Assembly (NCBI GenBank): GCA_963773095.1
Contig: CAVYZY010000013.1
Span: 18,271 to 82,270, forward strand
From: an uncultured Gemmatimonadales bacterium
Lineage (GTDB): Bacteria; Gemmatimonadota; Gemmatimonadetes; Gemmatimonadales; GWC2-71-9
Direction of reading: 5' to 3'
DNA length: 64,000 nt
Under the pieces are notes generated by a model, which saw only the letters and a program-made list of their open reading frames with translations, did not search any database and had not been told where the DNA came from. Positions within the stretch are counted from its first letter, which is position 1; every line of letters starts with the position of its first letter. Position numbers and translations under genes: made by a program. This document shows positions 36,747 to 47,943 of the stretch, in pieces.

Positions 36747-37883
36747 CTAGGCGGTCACCGCCCGGAGCGCGCTGCAGAACTGCTGCATCTCCTCTGGGGT
36801 GCCCACCGTCACGCGGGCGTAGTTGGGCCACGCCGGCCACGTCCGTCCGATCAGGACGTTCCGCTGCGCCATCGCCGTCGCCAGCTCGCCGGCCGGGCGC
36901 TTCGCGTCGAGCATGAAGCAGTTGCTCACCGACGGATAGAACCCATACCCGTACTTCGTCAGGAAGGCGAAGGTCTCATCTCGCGCCTGCTTCGTGTACC
37001 CTCGCCGGGTTGGCACCAGCGTCGGGTCGTCTACGCTGATGCGTGCCGCGGTGACGCCGGTAATCGACGTTATTGTGCCGCCGAAAGCGCGGAGCCGGTC
37101 GAGCACCGGCGGCTGTGCGATCGCCAGCCCCATCCTGAGCCCTGCCATGCCGTAGAGCTTGGAGAAGGTCCGCAACACCAACAGGTCCCCGTGTGAATCG
37201 ACCAGGTCTGCCACCGACGACTCGTCGGTGAAGTGGATGTAGGCCTCGTCTACCATCAGCAACGAGTCGGCCGGCTTGTTCGCCAGCGCCCAGACGATCT
37301 GGTCGCGCGGCGTGGACGTTCCGGTGGGGTTGTTGGGATTGCAGATATACAGCAGGCCGGGCGTGGGACTGGCGGCGCACATGCCTGTGGCATCGTGCGC
37401 CAGCGTGGATGTCAGCGGCACCGCGATCGCCGGCGCGCCCGAGATCTTCGCCGCCTGCCACCCCGCCTCGAATCCCGGTTCGCCGTACACGTACGGTCGG
37501 CCGGGACCCGTGAACGCCAGCACCGCACGGTGCAGCGGGTCACTCGATCCGTTGAAGGTCTCGACGTACTCCGGCCGCAGCCCCTCCAGTTCCGCGATGC
37601 GCAGGCGGAGCGCCTTGTCGATCTGGAACGCGTACCGGCCCTCCTCGGCGCCGAGCTTCTGCAGCGCGTCGAGCGCGGCACGTGACGGACCGAGCGGGTT
37701 CTCGTTGGAGTTGAGCCGTATCGCGTTCGCCGGTGGAACGGTGCGCAGCGCCGCGTACGCGAACTCGCCCTCGCTGGACCCTCGAGGAAGGGCCAGGCCC
37801 GCGGCGGCCAGGGCCACGAGACGGGAGAAGTCGCGCCGGGATACTCCAGATGGGATCGGTGGCAGCTCGCTCGGGATTGGCAT
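36747..37883 (-). CDS. PLP-dependent aminotransferase, HisC (class II) family, with a twin-arginine signal peptide
   Basis: N-terminus PSGVSRRDFSRLVALAAAGLALP (Tat motif). IRLNSNENPLGPS, YICNPNNPTG, LLMVDEAYIHF and RTFSKLYGMAGLRMG (PLP lysine) are HisC-type motifs. Confidence 0.85.
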   Translation of the reverse strand: MPIPSELPPIPSGVSRRDFSRLVALAAAGLALPRGSSEGEFAYAALRTVPPANAIRLNSNENPLGPSRAALDALQKLGAEEGRYAFQIDKALRLRIAELEGLRPEYVETFNGSSDPLHRAVLAFTGPGRPYVYGEPGFEAGWQAAKISGAPAIAVPLTSTLAHDATGMCAASPTPGLLYICNPNNPTGTSTPRDQIVWALANKPADSLLMVDEAYIHFTDESSVADLVDSHGDLLVLRTFSKLYGMAGLRMGLAIAQPPVLDRLRAFGGTITSITGVTAARISVDDPTLVPTRRGYTKQARDETFAFLTKYGYGFYPSVSNCFMLDAKRPAGELATAMAQRNVLIGRTWPAWPNYARVTVGTPEEMQQFCSALRAVTA

Positions 37884-38004
37884 GACGCAGGATTGCGCCC
37901 GGTGCTCAGCCTGTCAAGCGCAACGGTGGGAGCGGGCGGAGACAAGAGCCCCGCCGAGAAGCTCGACGGGGCCTTGATTCGATCGGAGCCAGCACAGCGC
38001 CAAC

Positions 38005-39534
38005 CTACTGCGCCTTCACCGTCGCCTTGGCTGCCTCCCGGCGCTCGGTCTCCTCAACGACGAGCCGGTATGCGATGTAGTACTTGAAAATGTTGGCGAC
38101 GTAGGTCACGGTCTCGCGTCCAATTCGCTCGGACGCGATCTGCTCCACGTTTCCGAACCAGACGTTCGGGTTCAGTCCGCGCTTCTCGGCTTCCCTCCGC
38201 AATTGGCGAACCCGGCCCGGCCCCGCGTTGTAAGACGCGAAGGTGAACAGCGCCTTGTTCAGGTCGTCCATCGGCTCGTTCTCGAAATACCTGTCCCGCA
38301 CGGTGCGCATGTATTTGACGCCGGCATGGATGTTCGGCTCGATTTCCGTGATATCGCCGACCTTCAGTGACGCGCCGGTCTCCGGCATGACTTGCATGAC
38401 GCCGATGGCACCAACCTGGCTCCTCGCGTTCTGATTGAGCCGGGACTCCTGGTATCCCTGAGCGGCCATCAGCAGGAAGTCCACCTTGTACTTGTCGCTG
38501 TACTTCCGAAAGAGCTCAACGACCGCGAGGAACGTCCTGCGCCCTTCCGCAGACGTGGCGCGCTTCGCGTAGGTCGCGTTGACGAGGTATTGTCGCTCGA
38601 TCCGGTCGCCAAAGGCCGTTCCCAGCCCATACTTCCCCATGAACGTGTTCAGCGCGGCGAGCAGCTGCGGGTTGTTCTTGCGGATGGCGATGGCGAGGGT
38701 ACCGCCGGTGTGCAGCACGATACTGTCGTGGACGACGAGGTCCGGAAAGACCTTCTTCCAGAAGACTGCGAGATAGTCGTCGACCACGACGGCCGGGATC
38801 AGGCCGGCGTTTACCATCTCGAGCAGGTCGTCGTCCTCCAGGTTCGGCGGGGCCTCCTGAATTATCACCGGCGGCTTCCCCTGGGCCTTGAACCTCTCGT
38901 TGAGCGCGAGCAGGTTCTGGTAGTAGCCGCCTAGCTGGCGGGCGAAGACTTCTTTGCCTGACAAGTCCTCAATGGAGGCAATCACCGGCGCGCCGGGACC
39001 GGTGACCAGGACCTGGTTCACGCTCATCCGGGTGGGATCGCTGAAGCCGACGTACTTCGCCAGCTCAGGCGTCACCGGGACCTGCGCCGCAACCAGGTCC
39101 ACCTTGCCGTCGATGAGCGCCGAAAGCAGCATCTCGCGCGGCAGCGGAAAGAAGATCACGTGAATCCCGTTGCCGGTGCCGGTCTTGAAGTGTTTGTTGA
39201 GCCGTTCCTCCATGAGCTGGCCGTACTCGTAGGCGATGCCCCGTTGCACGCCCCTGTCGATGAAATAGAACGTGCGATTGAATGTCACGCCGATCCGCAC
39301 GGCCCGGCGCTTGACAAGCTCGTCGAGGTCACCTGTAAACGGCTTCAGCACGGCCTCGCGCACCGAACGCGGCAGCTGGGTTTCGAGGTCGGAGGGCGGC
39401 AGTGGAGTCGCGACCTCCTCGATTGGCTCCGCCTTCTTCGCTGTCGGCTTGTCGCCACCGCACGCTGTGACTGCCACCACGGCGCCAACGAGCAGAACAG
39501 CAAGATCGACCTTTGCTTTCATGATCCCCAGCAC
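38005..39534 (-). CDS. MltF-like lytic transglycosylase (PBP-type substrate-binding domain + SLT domain), lipoprotein
   Basis: Signal/lipobox MKAKVDLAVLLVGAVVAVTAC. PBP domain (RIGVTFNRTFYFIDRGVQRGIAYEY). SLT catalytic region (LMAAQGYQESRLNQNARSQVGAIGVMQVMP..YNAGP). The ATG at 39522 may be the true start. Confidence 0.85.
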   Translation of the reverse strand: MLGIMKAKVDLAVLLVGAVVAVTACGGDKPTAKKAEPIEEVATPLPPSDLETQLPRSVREAVLKPFTGDLDELVKRRAVRIGVTFNRTFYFIDRGVQRGIAYEYGQLMEERLNKHFKTGTGNGIHVIFFPLPREMLLSALIDGKVDLVAAQVPVTPELAKYVGFSDPTRMSVNQVLVTGPGAPVIASIEDLSGKEVFARQLGGYYQNLLALNERFKAQGKPPVIIQEAPPNLEDDDLLEMVNAGLIPAVVVDDYLAVFWKKVFPDLVVHDSIVLHTGGTLAIAIRKNNPQLLAALNTFMGKYGLGTAFGDRIERQYLVNATYAKRATSAEGRRTFLAVVELFRKYSDKYKVDFLLMAAQGYQESRLNQNARSQVGAIGVMQVMPETGASLKVGDITEIEPNIHAGVKYMRTVRDRYFENEPMDDLNKALFTFASYNAGPGRVRQLRREAEKRGLNPNVWFGNVEQIASERIGRETVTYVANIFKYYIAYRLVVEETERREAAKATVKAQ

Positions 39535-39618
39535 CCCCCTTCACCGTCCCGATAATGTATCCTGCTCGGGCCTCTCTGCCGGTTCGACAGTGTTCTAATC
39601 TGACCAATCAGAACGAAA

Positions 39619-39652
39619 TTGCCTCGTACATCAATAAGTGATGACGAGGCAA
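39619..39652 (-). terminator. Hairpin immediately 3' of tRNA-Arg (candidate terminator)
   Basis: TTGCCTCGT / ACGAGGCAA 9-bp stem with a 16-nt loop. On the minus strand it is followed by TTTCGTTCTG. Confidence 0.4.
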
Positions 39653-39665
39653 CAAGTAAGCTCGA

Positions 39666-39739
39666 TGGGCCCGGCGCGATTCGAACGCGCGACCTCTTGC
39701 TCCGGAGGCAAGCGCTCTATCCAGCTGAGCTACGGACCC
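39666..39739 (-). tRNA. tRNA-Arg (anticodon CCG)
   Basis: Minus strand: GGGTCCG TA GCTC AGCTGGATA GAGC G CTTGC CTCCGGA GCAAG AGGTC GCGCG TTCGAAT CGCGC CGGGCCC A. Cloverleaf with a 7-bp acceptor stem (one G-U pair), a GTTCGAAT T-loop and CCG in the anticodon loop. CCA is not encoded. Confidence 0.93.
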
Positions 39740-39836
39740 GGGTGCTGCAAGGGGCAGAAAAGTCGCTCAGGGTCGACTGTTACGCAACGGCTGGCACCCC
39801 TCTGGCGCCGTGACAATCGGGCGGTAAGATCTGCCC

Positions 39837-40715
39837 ATGACCGCGACCGCCGAACCCGTCCCCGCGCCACCCGCTCCGCCGACCGCCGGCATCGCAGCCC
39901 ACGCCGCTGTCGCGGAGGTCGGCCGGAAGTTCCGGCGCGCCCGCCGTCGCTTTCTCGAGCGCGAGGACGCGGAATCGCTGCACGACCTCCGGGTGGCCCT
40001 CAGGCGGCTGCGGGCGGCCCTCACGCTCTTCCGCCCGGTTGTGATCCTGCCCCGGCGCCTCGCCGATCGCGAGCTCCGCCGCACCGGGCACGACCTCGCC
40101 GACCTGCGCGACCAGGACGTGGCGCTCGAGGCCATCATGGCGGCACCGGAGGAGAGTGAGGCGCGGAGCCACCTCAGCCAGCTGGAGCGCCGGCGCCGGC
40201 GCGAGGCTTACCGGGTCGTCGAGCGGCTCCGGGGCGCCCGGGTTCGCGGAATGTTGCGCGCCCTCCGTCGCTGGGACCAGGAGCCGTCCTTCAGCGTTGA
40301 GGAGGACACACCCGCCACCGTGGTCGTCTCAGGTCTGCGCTCACGCATCGCCGCGGTGGAGTTGCACCCGGCATGGTCGCTGACGCTCCTGCCCGATGTG
40401 GCCGGTGGCCTGCACGCGCCCGATTCCATCTACGACGACCACACGACCGCCGAGTCGCTGCACCAGCTCCGCCGGCGCATCAAGCAGGTGCGCTATCAGC
40501 TGGAGGTGATGGCCCGCGTGCTTGGCGCTGACTGGATGCCGACGCTCGAACGGTTGCGGGTGCTGCAGGAATCGCTGGGAGTGATGCAGGATGTGCAGGT
40601 GCTGGGTCCACTCGCCGCCGTGCCCCACGATCGGGTTGCCGCCGCGAGTGCCGCCTGGGAAGAGATGCGGGGCGAGCGCCTCGGGGGAGTACGGGAACTG
40701 CTCGAGGTGCCCTAG
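39837..40715 (+). CDS. CHAD domain-containing protein
   Basis: Repeated CHAD helices: LHDLRVALRRLRAALTLFRP and LHQLRRRIKQVRYQLEV. Confidence 0.85.
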   Translation: MTATAEPVPAPPAPPTAGIAAHAAVAEVGRKFRRARRRFLEREDAESLHDLRVALRRLRAALTLFRPVVILPRRLADRELRRTGHDLADLRDQDVALEAIMAAPEESEARSHLSQLERRRRREAYRVVERLRGARVRGMLRALRRWDQEPSFSVEEDTPATVVVSGLRSRIAAVELHPAWSLTLLPDVAGGLHAPDSIYDDHTTAESLHQLRRRIKQVRYQLEVMARVLGADWMPTLERLRVLQESLGVMQDVQVLGPLAAVPHDRVAAASAAWEEMRGERLGGVRELLEVP

Positions 40716-42193
40716 CTGCCTTGCGGCGTTTTCGCCGACTGCCGGCGGGAGCGATGCGCACTTGCCGCACGCCCGGGCTGCCACACCGGCCGGCCGTCGA
40801 TTCCCTCGGGCACCGGCACGTCGAGCCAGTCGAGCAGCGCCGGGAACACGTCGGCGGTGCGCATCGGCACGTCCGGGAGTGGCCGGTTGGTCCACAGCGG
40901 CGTGTGCATGTGAGCGCGGATGAGGCTGCCGTGCCCCGACTTGTGTTCCGGGATCTCGAACCGGTCGCGGAAGTCGTAGCCCTCGCGTGCGGCCAGCACC
41001 AGGTCGCCTGCGCGCGGCGAGGAAAACTGGTCCAGCAGGTGCACCGCCGCGTCCGGGAAGGGCGCATCGAAGGTGCGCGCCAGCCACGCCTCCCGATCGC
41101 CCTCAAACGAGGCGCCGAGTTCCAGCGGATCGCCCGACAGCGGCGAATAGCGGATCGAGTCCTGTTCCCGCGTGATGATCGCCTCGCCAACAGATGACGC
41201 GATCCTGACCCCCCCTTCGCTGTCTTCGCCCGCCACGAACGCTACTGCCGGTTCGCGCACCAGCGCCGCCACCACGTCGTGGTCGGTACCGAACGCCTCC
41301 GGACGGCGAAGTTGTTCCATCGTCCAGCGCTGCTCGCGAGGCAAGCCCGGACGCGCATAAATGGATGCGAACGCGTTGCCTGCCACCATTACCGCGGCAC
41401 GCGGATTCCGGGCCCACAACACCGGATGGTGCAGCGTCGGGACGCCGCGCGCCATGAACCACTGGGCCAGGTCGACGTGGGTGTGCATCTTCGTGGCGCC
41501 ATGGTCGCTCACCAGCACCAGGAGCGTGTCGTCCGCCTCGCCCTTTTCGTCCAGCCGCGCCATGACCTGTCCAATCGACCGGTCGATGAAGTGGAGTGAC
41601 TGCAGCACTTCCGTGGCGTCCGGCCTGGCGCCGTGGGTGTAGCCATCGACGGCGGGGAACTGGGTAAACACGAATCGCCACGGCTTGTCGACCGCGGCGA
41701 CCAGTTCCCGTGCGGCGCGGTCGTCGAGCAGCCCGTAGCAATCCACGTAGTGCGCCAGCGACCCGACGAACTTCCGCGCGCCCTGCGCCGGGTCGCGCTC
41801 CGGCGTGAGCCCGCGCGTGATCATCGTGAAGATGCCAAGGCTCTCCGGCACCAGCTGGAAGATGGTCTGCACCTCGGGCGCGATGTCGTCGTCGAGCATG
41901 CCCGCCTGATAGCCGCAGTAATTGCGCACTGCGGCGCGGTCCTTCCACCAGCGGCCGGTGTATGCTTCGCGATCGAGCCAGCGGATCGACGGGATGTTGC
42001 AGGTGCCGGGAAAGCAGCCGGTCAGGAACGGCAGGTACGCGACACTGGTCGTGGTCGGAAAGACACTGATCGCCCGGGACCGGGCACCCCGTTCCGTGAG
42101 GGCCTTCAGGTTGGGCAGCCGTCTTGCCGCGAGTTCCGCCTCGAGAACGTCCGGCCGGAGTCCGTCGATCAGGATGAGGAAAGCGCGCCTCAC
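40712..42193 (-). CDS. Alkaline phosphatase-superfamily enzyme (type I phosphodiesterase / nucleotide pyrophosphatase-like)
   Basis: Starts VRRAFLILIDGLRPDVL. PTTTSVAYLPFLTG (nucleophile Thr region). VDGYTHG. LVLVSDHGAT. SGHGSL. The GTG start overlaps the upstream membrane-protein stop (GTGA). The 756-aa track ORF is a read-through artefact. Confidence 0.8.
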   Translation of the reverse strand: MRRAFLILIDGLRPDVLEAELAARRLPNLKALTERGARSRAISVFPTTTSVAYLPFLTGCFPGTCNIPSIRWLDREAYTGRWWKDRAAVRNYCGYQAGMLDDDIAPEVQTIFQLVPESLGIFTMITRGLTPERDPAQGARKFVGSLAHYVDCYGLLDDRAARELVAAVDKPWRFVFTQFPAVDGYTHGARPDATEVLQSLHFIDRSIGQVMARLDEKGEADDTLLVLVSDHGATKMHTHVDLAQWFMARGVPTLHHPVLWARNPRAAVMVAGNAFASIYARPGLPREQRWTMEQLRRPEAFGTDHDVVAALVREPAVAFVAGEDSEGGVRIASSVGEAIITREQDSIRYSPLSGDPLELGASFEGDREAWLARTFDAPFPDAAVHLLDQFSSPRAGDLVLAAREGYDFRDRFEIPEHKSGHGSLIRAHMHTPLWTNRPLPDVPMRTADVFPALLDWLDVPVPEGIDGRPVWQPGRAASAHRSRRQSAKTPQGS

Positions 42194-42912
42194 AACGTCT
42201 CCACCACGGCTGGTGTGGGAGCCACCCGGGCCACCGGCACCACGACCTCGACGGACGCCTGATTCATTTGCCGCATCTTGAAGATCATGACGCCGAGGAA
42301 CAGCAGGCCCAGGCCGAAGAGGAGCACCGGCGGCACATTGATCGCGATTCCCAGCGCCGCCAGCAGCGCGTAACGCGCCCCGCGGCCCAGAATCACGGAG
42401 CCCTGGTACTTCCACATCGGATAGTTGTCGAGCGTTGCCAGGAAGCGCATCGGGTAGTGTGGAATGATCGGCAGGATGCACGTGCTGACCAGCGTCCAGA
42501 ACGGTGCCTTGCGGTACCAGTACAGCGCCCATCCAGTGATGCGATGACCCCGGAATCCGCGCGTGCCCTCGCGCGAGAGGAGCCGGGCCAGCAGTTCCAT
42601 GTTCCAGTACTCGATGATCACGGTCCCGATGGTACCCACCAGCACGATCAGCCATACGGGATACAGTGGCCCGAGATACACCACCGCCGGGTCGTACGGC
42701 AGCGGCGCCAGCGAATTGCCCGCGAACGAGTAGGGAAGGAACAGCCAGAGCCGCGAATGCGGTGGCTGCCAGCGCGCGCCCAGGAATGCCATGACACTGA
42801 GCGCCAGCATGGTCGCTGGCCACAGCCACACCGGGACCGCGGGCGGCAATGCCCGCGGCGGTTCCGGGACCAGCTCTGTGATGTCCTTCTCTTCCTTCAA
42901 GTTCGCCGGCAA
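42190..42912 (-). CDS. Integral membrane protein (possibly VTT/DedA-YqaA-like)
   Basis: Five to six hydrophobic helices. The segment FAGNSLAPLPYDPAVVYLGPLYPVWLIVLVGTIGTVIIEYWN resembles the VTT-domain re-entrant region. Translationally coupled to the phosphodiesterase. Confidence 0.6.
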   Translation of the reverse strand: MPANLKEEKDITELVPEPPRALPPAVPVWLWPATMLALSVMAFLGARWQPPHSRLWLFLPYSFAGNSLAPLPYDPAVVYLGPLYPVWLIVLVGTIGTVIIEYWNMELLARLLSREGTRGFRGHRITGWALYWYRKAPFWTLVSTCILPIIPHYPMRFLATLDNYPMWKYQGSVILGRGARYALLAALGIAINVPPVLLFGLGLLFLGVMIFKMRQMNQASVEVVVPVARVAPTPAVVETL

Positions 42913-42991
42913 TCGCGCTCCTTCGGGGGCCCAGCGGCCGCTGAGAGAGGCGAACGCTAGGCAGAATAGGGCCCCGAAGCAACGGGGCGGC

Positions 42992-43780
42992 TCACGAGGC
43001 GCGGCCTTGATTGAGCCGGCTGGTGACCCATAAGACGATGAACCGTGGGGAGATGCGGACCGACTGGATCAGCAGCTTGTTGATCAAGCCGGGCACCACG
43101 ATGCCGCCGCGCCCGATGGCACGGACCGCTGCGTCAGCTACCTCCCTGGCCGTCATGATGTTCCCCGTCTTGAACAGCAGCGTCTGGCTCATCCTGGCCC
43201 GCTGCACGAACGGGGTCGCCGTGGGCCCCGGGCACAGGGTCGTCACCGTGACCCCGGTGCCGCGAAGCTCCTGGCCCATCGCCTCGGAGAAGGAGACGAC
43301 GAACGCCTTGGTCGCGTAGTACACGGTCATCCACGGCCCGGGCTGGAATCCCGCCACCGACGCCACGTTCAGGACGTTCCCCCGCCCGCGAGCGATCATC
43401 GCGGGGACCAGCCGGCGCGTCAGGTGCACGAGGCTCAGCACGTTGAGCTGCACCATGCCGAGCTGCTCGTCTTCGGGCAGGTCCGCGAAGGCGCCGATCG
43501 CCCCGTACCCGGCGTTGTTGACCAGCGTGCCGATTCCGAGGCCGCGCGAGGCGAGCTGGTCGAGCAGTGCCGCCGCACCCGATGCGGTGGCGAGATCGGC
43601 CGGGAGCACGACCACCTCGGGCGACCCCAGGCGTCGCAATTCCAGCGCGACCTCCTCCAGCGTTGCAGCCGACCGGGCCGTGATGACAAGGGACTCGCCC
43701 CGCGCGGCCAGCCGGCGCGCGATCTCGAGGCCGATACCGGTCGAGGCGCCGGTGACGAGGGAATGGGATCGGTCCGGCAT
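42992..43780 (-). CDS. SDR family oxidoreductase
   Basis: TGASTGIG cofactor motif, NNAG, and catalytic YYATK. Confidence 0.9.
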   Translation of the reverse strand: MPDRSHSLVTGASTGIGLEIARRLAARGESLVITARSAATLEEVALELRRLGSPEVVVLPADLATASGAAALLDQLASRGLGIGTLVNNAGYGAIGAFADLPEDEQLGMVQLNVLSLVHLTRRLVPAMIARGRGNVLNVASVAGFQPGPWMTVYYATKAFVVSFSEAMGQELRGTGVTVTTLCPGPTATPFVQRARMSQTLLFKTGNIMTAREVADAAVRAIGRGGIVVPGLINKLLIQSVRISPRFIVLWVTSRLNQGRAS

Positions 43781-43933
43781 GCTGAGGTCTCCCGCTGTCC
43801 AAGAACCCTGCAGACCACCGGCGTGCCGGCGTGTTCAAGACTAACACTTCCCAAACATCCGATGCGCCGGTCTTCACACCTTCTTAATGCCCTCGGCAAT
43901 AGCATTCCCCCGTCACTCAATCTCGAGGCGCCG

Positions 43934-44014
43934 GTGGACCTGCTGGTGATTGGAGTTCTCGCATTGCTGGTGGCCGCGACCGCCGGCCTCATCCGGCTCT
44001 GCGCCAGGCTCTAG
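43934..44014 (+). CDS. Possible 26-aa hydrophobic peptide just upstream of kdpF
   Basis: GAGG, 5 nt, then GTG, encoding (M)DLLVIGVLALLVAATAGLIRLCARL and a stop 9 nt before kdpF. A single TM helix. No homology evidence. Confidence 0.25.
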   Translation: MDLLVIGVLALLVAATAGLIRLCARL

Positions 44015-44023
44015 GGGGATCGC

Positions 44024-44116
44024 ATGAACGGACTTTACATAGTTGCCGCCATCATCGCCGCGGCGCTCCTCGCCTACCTGCTCTTCGCGCTGCTCAGGCC
44101 GGAGTCGCTGACATGA
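44024..44116 (+). CDS. kdpF: K+-transporting ATPase subunit F
   Basis: MNGLYIVAAIIAAALLAYLLFALLRPESLT has KdpF-like length and the AYL.(F/Y)ALL.PE motif. The stop overlaps the kdpA ATG (ATGA). Confidence 0.75.
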   Translation: MNGLYIVAAIIAAALLAYLLFALLRPESLT

Positions 44117-45858
44117 CGGCCAACGACTGGATCCAGCTCACGCTGTACTTCGTTGTGCTGCTGGTCCTGGCCATTCCGCTGGGGCGGTTCATGGCGCAGG
44201 TCCTGGGCAGCGAAGGCAACTGGCTCACCCGCCTGGGACGTCCGCTCGAGCGCGGACTGTATCGGCTTGCGGGTGTTGCCGAGGACGATGAGATGACCTG
44301 GTCCCGCTACGCTGCGGCCCTGCTCGTCTTCAGCGCGGCCTCGTTTACGGTGGTGTACCTGCTGCAGCGCCTCCAGGCATTCCTGCCGGCCAATCCTTCC
44401 GGATTCGCGGGGGTCAGCCCGGCACTCGCCTTCAACACCGCCGTCAGTTTCGCCACCAACACCAACTGGCAAGCCTACGGTGGCGAGAGCACGATGAGCT
44501 ACCTCACCCAGGCCTTGGCGCTCGGGGTGCAGAACTTCGTGTCGGCGGCCGCTGGCATCGCCGTGGTGGTGGCCCTCATCCGCGGCTTTGCCCGCGCGGA
44601 GAAGGGCACCATCGGCAACTTCTGGGTGGACCTGACCCGTTCCACGCTCTACGTGCTGCTGCCGCTCGCGTTCTTGTGGGCCCTGCTGCTCGTCTCGCAG
44701 GGGGTGGTGCAGACGTGGGGTGCCTACCCGGTCGCCGAGCTGGTCGAACCGCTGCGGACCTCGGATACGACGGTGGTGTCGCAGCAGACGATCGCCGTGG
44801 GGCCGGCGGCCAGCCAGATCGCCATCAAGCAGCTGGGCACCAATGGCGGCGGCTTCTTCAACGCGAACTCCGCTCATCCGTTCGAGAACCCGACGCCGAT
44901 CTCCAACTTCCTGGAGATGCTCGCCCTGTTGCTCATTCCGGCGGGGCTCTGCGAGATGTTCGGCCGGATGGTGAAGGACCGGAGGCAGGGCTGGGTGCTG
45001 CTGGCCGCCATGACCGTCATCCTGGTACCGCTGACTGCCGGGGCGATCGCATCGGAACAACGCGGCACGCCGCTGCTTGCCGCTGCCGGTGTGGACCAGG
45101 CGCCGTCCGCGTTGCAGGCCGGCGGGAACATGGAAGGCAAGGAGACGCGCTTCGGCATCGTCAGCTCCGCCATCTGGGCCTCCGCCACCACGGCAGCGTC
45201 CAATGGCTCGGTCAACGCCATGCACGACAGCTTCACCCCGCTCGGTGGCCTCGTTCCCATGTGGCTGATCCAGTTTGGTGAGGTCGTGTTCGGTGGCGTG
45301 GGTTCGGGCCTCTACGGGATGCTCGTCTTCGCGCTCATCGCGGTGTTCATCGCTGGACTCATGGTGGGCCGCACACCCGAGTACCTCGGCAAGAAGATCG
45401 AGGCATACGAGGTGAAGATGGCGTCACTCGTCATCCTGATCCCGGCCATGATGATCCTCTTCGGCACCGCGCTGGCGGTGAGCACCGGCGCCGGCCGCGC
45501 CGGGGTGTTCAACCCTGGGGCGCACGGCTTCAGCGAGGTGCTCTACGGCGTGACCTCGGCCGTCGGCAACAACGGCAGCGCGTTCGGGGGTCTCGGTGCC
45601 AACTCGACCTTCTACAACCTGCTGCTCGGCATCTGCATGTGGATCGGTCGATTCTGGCTGGCTGTTCCCGTGCTGGCCATCGCCGGCGCCCTCGCCCGGA
45701 AGAAGCTGGTGCCGGTAGGGGCGGGCACGCTGCCGACGCACACGCCGCTCTTCACTGGCCTGCTGGTCGGCACTGTCCTGCTCGTAGGCGCGCTCACCTT
45801 CGTTCCCGCGCTGGCACTCGGGCCGATCGTCGAGCACTTCCAGCTCTATGCCAGGTAA
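44113..45858 (+). CDS. kdpA: Potassium-transporting ATPase subunit A
   Basis: Full-length KdpA (581 aa) with selectivity-filter-like segments (TNTNWQAYGGE, LGTNGGGFFNANSAHPFENP, ASNGSVNAMHDS, VGNNGSAFGGL). Confidence 0.97.
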   Translation: MTANDWIQLTLYFVVLLVLAIPLGRFMAQVLGSEGNWLTRLGRPLERGLYRLAGVAEDDEMTWSRYAAALLVFSAASFTVVYLLQRLQAFLPANPSGFAGVSPALAFNTAVSFATNTNWQAYGGESTMSYLTQALALGVQNFVSAAAGIAVVVALIRGFARAEKGTIGNFWVDLTRSTLYVLLPLAFLWALLLVSQGVVQTWGAYPVAELVEPLRTSDTTVVSQQTIAVGPAASQIAIKQLGTNGGGFFNANSAHPFENPTPISNFLEMLALLLIPAGLCEMFGRMVKDRRQGWVLLAAMTVILVPLTAGAIASEQRGTPLLAAAGVDQAPSALQAGGNMEGKETRFGIVSSAIWASATTAASNGSVNAMHDSFTPLGGLVPMWLIQFGEVVFGGVGSGLYGMLVFALIAVFIAGLMVGRTPEYLGKKIEAYEVKMASLVILIPAMMILFGTALAVSTGAGRAGVFNPGAHGFSEVLYGVTSAVGNNGSAFGGLGANSTFYNLLLGICMWIGRFWLAVPVLAIAGALARKKLVPVGAGTLPTHTPLFTGLLVGTVLLVGALTFVPALALGPIVEHFQLYAR

Positions 45859-45864
45859 TCCGCG

Positions 45865-47934
<2,070 letters not shown>

Positions 47935-47943
47935 GAGCCATCC

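Noticed and set aside
39535-39836. Genomic island or integration site next to tRNA-Arg
   Set aside because: No integrase, no direct repeat of the tRNA 3' end, and no compositional change. The flanking genes are ordinary housekeeping types.
40712-42982. Single 756-aa ORF
   Set aside because: Its N-terminal third is Arg/Gly/Ala-rich off-frame sequence overlapping the clean 240-aa membrane-protein ORF. The real phosphodiesterase starts at the GTG at 42193, coupled to that gene's stop.
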